This document shows positions 59,703 to 64,000 of a DNA stretch of 64,000 bases, piece after piece. Made by a program: the position numbers and the translations under genes. The notes under the pieces were generated by a model that was given only the letters and a program-made list of their open reading frames with translations, was not told where the DNA came from and did no database searches. Position 1 is the stretch's first letter, and each line of letters opens with the position of its first letter. The stretch comes from Macrostomum lignano (Eukaryota), in the NCBI GenBank assembly GCA_002269645.1, contig NIVC01000303.1:375323-439322 (forward strand), given 5' to 3'.

Positions 59703-61274
59703 TTGATTACACGCAATGACGTGGCTCTCCTACCCATTAAAACAATTACAGCGATTCTGCTGCACTTCTTCGGTACAGCCAACCTCAACTACTCCATTTA
59801 CCCGCCCAACATCGTGGACCGTCTCGTCAGCTTTCGCATTCGCTTTGAGCTGGGACTTCTAATCAAGTTTTACATGGCCATCATCAAAAGTGCCGGATAC
59901 CCAATTGGATTGCTGCTACAAATTCTAACTATTATTTACCTGGTGCGCGGCAACTCAGGCTATTCAAGGTCTGCTCGAAACTGGTTCCTCATCGTGCTGA
60001 GCGCTGACATTAGCAGCATCCTGTACCGGCTGTTCGATCTCATGACGGTCGATTATAACATAACCAACCCGTTTCTAGACGTTGGCCTTAAAGGAAATTT
60101 TGGCCAGTTGTTCATGGCCCTCATGTGGGGCCTTAGGCGTGCTGAGGATGCACACTTGCAAGATGTATTTTGCAAAGTGTTCTTCATAATTTTGTACTTT
60201 CCAATTCACCTATCGCCAATTGCGCTCACTGTGAGCTCACTGATTCGTTGCTATTGCGTCAAGTTTCCTCTGAGAGCGAAAGCTGTGTTGACGACACGCG
60301 TGGACAGGTTGCTGATGCTCTTTACCGTGGTGCTGTCACTGGGCATCGCCATCATCATCGGCATGCTGGTTATCGAAGGCTGGTCCAACACTCGCACCAC
60401 CGTCCTCACAACTTTGGGCGACAGATATTTCTACGGCGAGTGTATAATTCCTGTCTACAATGCTGTCAATACAGACAGGAACTTGCTTTTCATCGGCCTG
60501 AACTTTATGCTAGCTGTAGTCTTCCTGATCTGCGCGTTCAACATCCTATCAGCAGTTGCTATCATTATGGTTCTGTTCGAGGCCAAAAGGAATCGCAAGT
60601 CAATGAGCGCTAATGAGAGCACCGACTCAAAAGCCGAGGTTCGAGCCACTGCCATGCTTCTCGGCATGAATGTCACGCTTTTTATCTGTTTTTTCATGTC
60701 CCGCCTTCTAGCGGTTCTGAGCAACAAAGTCAACCTTACTACCCAGCCTATTGAGTGTGAGTAGCAGTTGATTTGAACCTGTTTGCCTGGGACATGCGCA
60801 ATGATTCTCATCTCTATTTTTGAGCAAATGATAGTGGAAAGACCACAAGCTATAGGAGCATAATTATTACTTACCTAAGTAGTAATAAAGTCATCATCTT
60901 TGAAATCAGGTTTTTTAGCATTAAAAACATTAATTTAGGCTGACAATTTAGGCAGTTGTCAGCTTTGGTACTAATAGCATAGCTGCCTATAGATGAATAA
61001 ATAGATAGGATTGTTTTATTCTTTGTGTGTAGCAGATTGTTGAGCTATCAATGCGTACACTGCTACTAAAACTTTCTTGATAAAATTTGCAGTCCTAGTT
61101 TTCGAACGAATGTCATCCTATCTGTTCGACATCCCCTACTACACCAACGCTCTGTTTATTGCGGGTTTCACGAGGAAATTTTACGAATTCTACCTGCCGC
61201 GTCTGCTCAACAAGGAGATGAAAACGGCCTCGGCGATCAGCCAGAAGACCATGGAGGAGAGCAAGATGGGCTGA
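59703..61274 (+). CDS. Class A (rhodopsin-like) GPCR, orphan/peptide-receptor-like; 2 coding exons; in-frame TGA near the start of exon 2
   Basis: The exon 1 frame (to 60756; first ATG 59874) has TM1-TM6, the TM3 Cys (FCK), a DRY-equivalent LIRCYCVKFP and an ECL2 Cys (GECI). Donor GTGAGT at 60757. Exon 2 encodes TM7 (...PYYTNALFIAGF) and helix 8 (TRKFYEF), ending at TGA 61272-61274. The start codon is uncertain. Confidence 0.8.
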
Positions 61275-61534
61275 GCTCGAATTGGCTCGTAGCAACTCGT
61301 GCGTTTTAAAAGTCGAAATTAAGTCATTCAAAAAAACAAAAAAATTAACAAAAACCGTTTTTAAACACGAGGATAACTAACTGATTGATTATTCAACCCG
61401 GAAAATTCATCTGCTTGCTCAAAAAAACTACATTTCCTGATAATCTCGATAGCATGGGCTCGCTGGAATAAAAATGCAATATAATCTCTGTTAAAATGTA
61501 GATCTTCTTTATTTGTTGACTTCATTTGTTAACA

Positions 61535-61652
61535 GGCCATGGCCTAGTGGTCTTAGCGCGCCGCCTTACGTTCCAGTGGCCCAGGCTCGATTCCATGTGC
61601 AGTCGCATTAATTTGAGGCTAAATTGGAATTGGGTCTGCTCGTGCAATTAAT
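61535..61652 (+). mobile_element. tRNA-derived SINE (family 2), uninterrupted copy
   Basis: A box TGGCCTAGTGG and B-box-like GGCTCGATTCC; the body matches 35623-35707 plus 36590-36650. Confidence 0.75.
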
Positions 61653-61662
61653 ATCCTTATGG

Positions 61663-64000
61663 CAGGTGTCGGCAAACGCCGGCCCCTGGCCGCAAAGCCT
61701 CTCTATCTGACCCTCAAGTCCTTTAAAAATTCACAATAGCAATGCTTGTGAGGTTTGTGTCTTTTCTCTTCTCAAATAAATCTTCTCTCACCTCTCTCTT
61801 CTTATCTCATCTCCTCTCCTTTCCTCTCCTCTGCTCACCTGTCCTTTCCTGTCATCTCCTATCGTCTCCTGTCCTCTCCTGTCCTTTCTTGTCCTCTCCT
61901 GTCCTCTCCTCTCCTCTCCTGTCCTCTCCTCTCCTCTCCTCTCCTCTCTTCTCCTCTCCTGTCCTCTCCTCTCCTCTCCTGTCCTCTCCTGTCCTCTCCT
62001 GTCCTCTCCTATCCTCTCCTGTCCGCTCCTGTCCTCTCCTCTCCTCTCCTCTCCTCTCCTGTTCTGTCCTCTCCTGTCCTCTCCTGTCCTCTCCTGTCCT
62101 CTCCTGTTCCGTCCTCTCCTGTCCTCTCCTGTCCTGTCCTGTCCTCTCCTCTCCTCTCTTTTCTCATCTTCTCTCCTCTCCTTTCCTCTCCTGTTCTGTC
62201 CTCTCCTCTCTTCTCCTGTCGTCTCCTGTCCTTTCCTGTCCTCTCCTGTCCTCTCCTGTCCTCTCCTCTCCTGTTCTGTCCTCTCCTGTCCTCTCCTGTC
62301 CTCTCCTGTCCTGTCCTCTCCTATCCTCTCCTCTCTTTTCTCCTCTTCTCTCCACTCCTCTCCTCTCCTGTTCTGTCCTCTCCTCTCCTCTCCTGTACTC
62401 TCCTCTCCTCTCCTCTCCTCTCTGTCCTCTCCTCTCCTCTCCTGTTGTCTCCTGTCCTTTCCTGTCCTTTCCTGTCCTCTCCTGTCCTCTCCTCTCCTCT
62501 CCTGTCCTCTCCTGTCCTCTCTTCTCCTCTCCTGTCCTCTCCTCTCCTCTCCTGTCCTCTCCGGTCCTCTCTTCTCCTCTCCTCTCCTCTCCTCTCCTGT
62601 CCTCTCCTCCCCTCTCCTGTCCTCTCCTCTCCTCTCCTGTCCTCTCCTCTCCTCTTCTGTCCTCTCCTGTCCTTTCCTGTCCTTTCCTCTCCTCTCCAGT
62701 CCTCTCCTGTCCTCTCCTGTCCTCTCCTGTCCTGTCCTCTCCTATCCTCTCCTCTCTTTTCTCCTCTTCTCTCCTCTCCTCTCCTGTTTTGTCCTCTCCT
62801 CCCCTCTCCTGTCCTCTCCTGTCCTCTCCTGTCCTCTCCTATCCTCTCCTGTCCGCTCCTGTCCTCTCCTCTCCTCTCCTCTCCTCTCCTGTTCTGTTGT
62901 CTCCTGTCCTTTCCTGTCCTTTCCTGTCCTCTCCTGTCCTCTCCTCTCCTCTCCTGTCCTCTCCTGTCCTCTCTTCTCCTCTCCTGTCCTCTCCTCTCCT
63001 CTCCTGTCCTCTCCGGTCCTCTCTTCTCCTCTCCTGTCCTCTCCTCTCCTCTCCTCTCCTGTCCTCTCCTGTCCTCTCCTGTCCTCTCCTCTCCTCTCTT
63101 CTCCTCTCTGTCCTCTCCTGTCCTCTCCTGTCCTCTCCTGTCCTCTCCTGTCCTTTCCTGTCCTCTCCTGTCCTCTCCTCTCCTCTCCTCTCCTGTTCTG
63201 TCCTCTCCTCCCCTCTCCTGTCCTCTCCTGTCGTCTCCTGTCCTTTCCTCTCCTCTCCTGTCCTCTCCTCTCCTCTCCTCTCCTGTTCTGTCCTCTCCTC
63301 CCCTCTCCAGTCCTCTCCTCTCCTCTCCTGTCCTCTCCTCTCCTCTTCTGTCCTCTCCTGTCCTTTCCTGTCCTTTCCTCTCCTCTCCTGTCCTCTCCTG
63401 TCCTCTCCAGTCCTCTCCTGTCCTGTCCTCTCCTATCCTCTCCTCGCTTTTCTCCTCTTCTCTCCTCTCCTCTCCTGTCGTCTCCTGTCCTCTCCTGTCC
63501 TCTCCTCTCCTCTCCTCTCCTCTCCTCTCCTCTCCTCTCCTGTTCTGTCCTCTCCTCCCCTCTCCTGTTCTGTCCTCTCCTCCCCTCTCCTGTCCTCTCC
63601 TCTCCTCTCCTGTCCTCTCCTGTCCTCTCCTGTCCTCTCCTGTCGTCTCATGTCCTTTCCTGTCCTCTCCTGTCCTCTCCTCTCCTCTCCTGTCCTCTCC
63701 TGTCCTCTCCTCTCCTCTCCTCTCCTCTCCTCTCCTCTCCTCTCCTCTCCTCTCCTCTCCTCTCCTCTTCTCTCCTCTCCTCTCCTGTCCTCTCCTGTCC
63801 TCTCCTGTCCTCTCCTCTCCTCTCTTCTCCTCTCTGTCCTCTCCTCTCCTCTCCTGTCGTCTCCTGTCCTCTCCTGTCCTCTCCTGTTCCGTCCTCTCCT
63901 CTCCTCTCCTCTCCTGTTCTGTCCTCTCCTGTCCTCTCCTGTCCTCTCCTGTCCTGTCCTCTCCTATCCTCTCCTCTCTTTTCTCCTCTTCTCTCCTCTC
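61663..64000 (+). mobile_element. hAT-like left end followed by a >2.2-kb (CTCCT/GTCCT)n array running off the window end
   Basis: CAGGTGTCGGCAAAC at 61663 and a subterminal block shared with 39089; the pentamer array starts at about 61800. Confidence 0.75.

Noticed and set aside
1-64000. CRISPR-like reading of the many short-repeat arrays
   Set aside because: Units are head-to-tail with no unique spacers, there are no cas genes, and the context is intron-containing eukaryotic DNA.

Overview
Eukaryotic (metazoan) genomic DNA, not prokaryotic. GC-rich, poly-Q/poly-A exons, GT-AG introns of about 90-140 bp and many unrelated minisatellites suggest a free-living flatworm such as Macrostomum (inference only). 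I spliced four host genes by hand with consistent phases. (1) The last 3 exons of a classical calpain (+, 1119-2165). (2) A 9-exon, 756-aa protein with tandem cyclic-nucleotide-binding domains (-, 40283-30603). (3) A 4-exon, 614-aa RRM + disordered + coiled-coil protein (-, 47975-44499). (4) A 2-exon class A GPCR (+, about 59703-61274). There is also an orphan single-pass membrane ORF (-, 9893-10348). The rest is tandem arrays and mobile DNA: hAT-type MITEs with 8-bp TSDs, two RNase H-type LINE remnants, an internally deleted Helitron, a PHD-FLYWCH MULE relic, tRNA-derived SINEs, a solo LTR, and two foldback elements, one a 2-kb near-perfect palindrome with a mariner relic. The most notable patterns are three. 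Several reading frames contain in-frame TGA/TAG codons where coding-like sequence or splice structure continues; in the GPCR the stop itself supplies a frame-restoring splice acceptor. Almost every enlarged intron is filled by its own private minisatellite. A hAT-like family appears to carry and seed CTCCT microsatellites. Coordinates were counted by eye; array edges are approximate (about +/-10 bp) and no database search was run.
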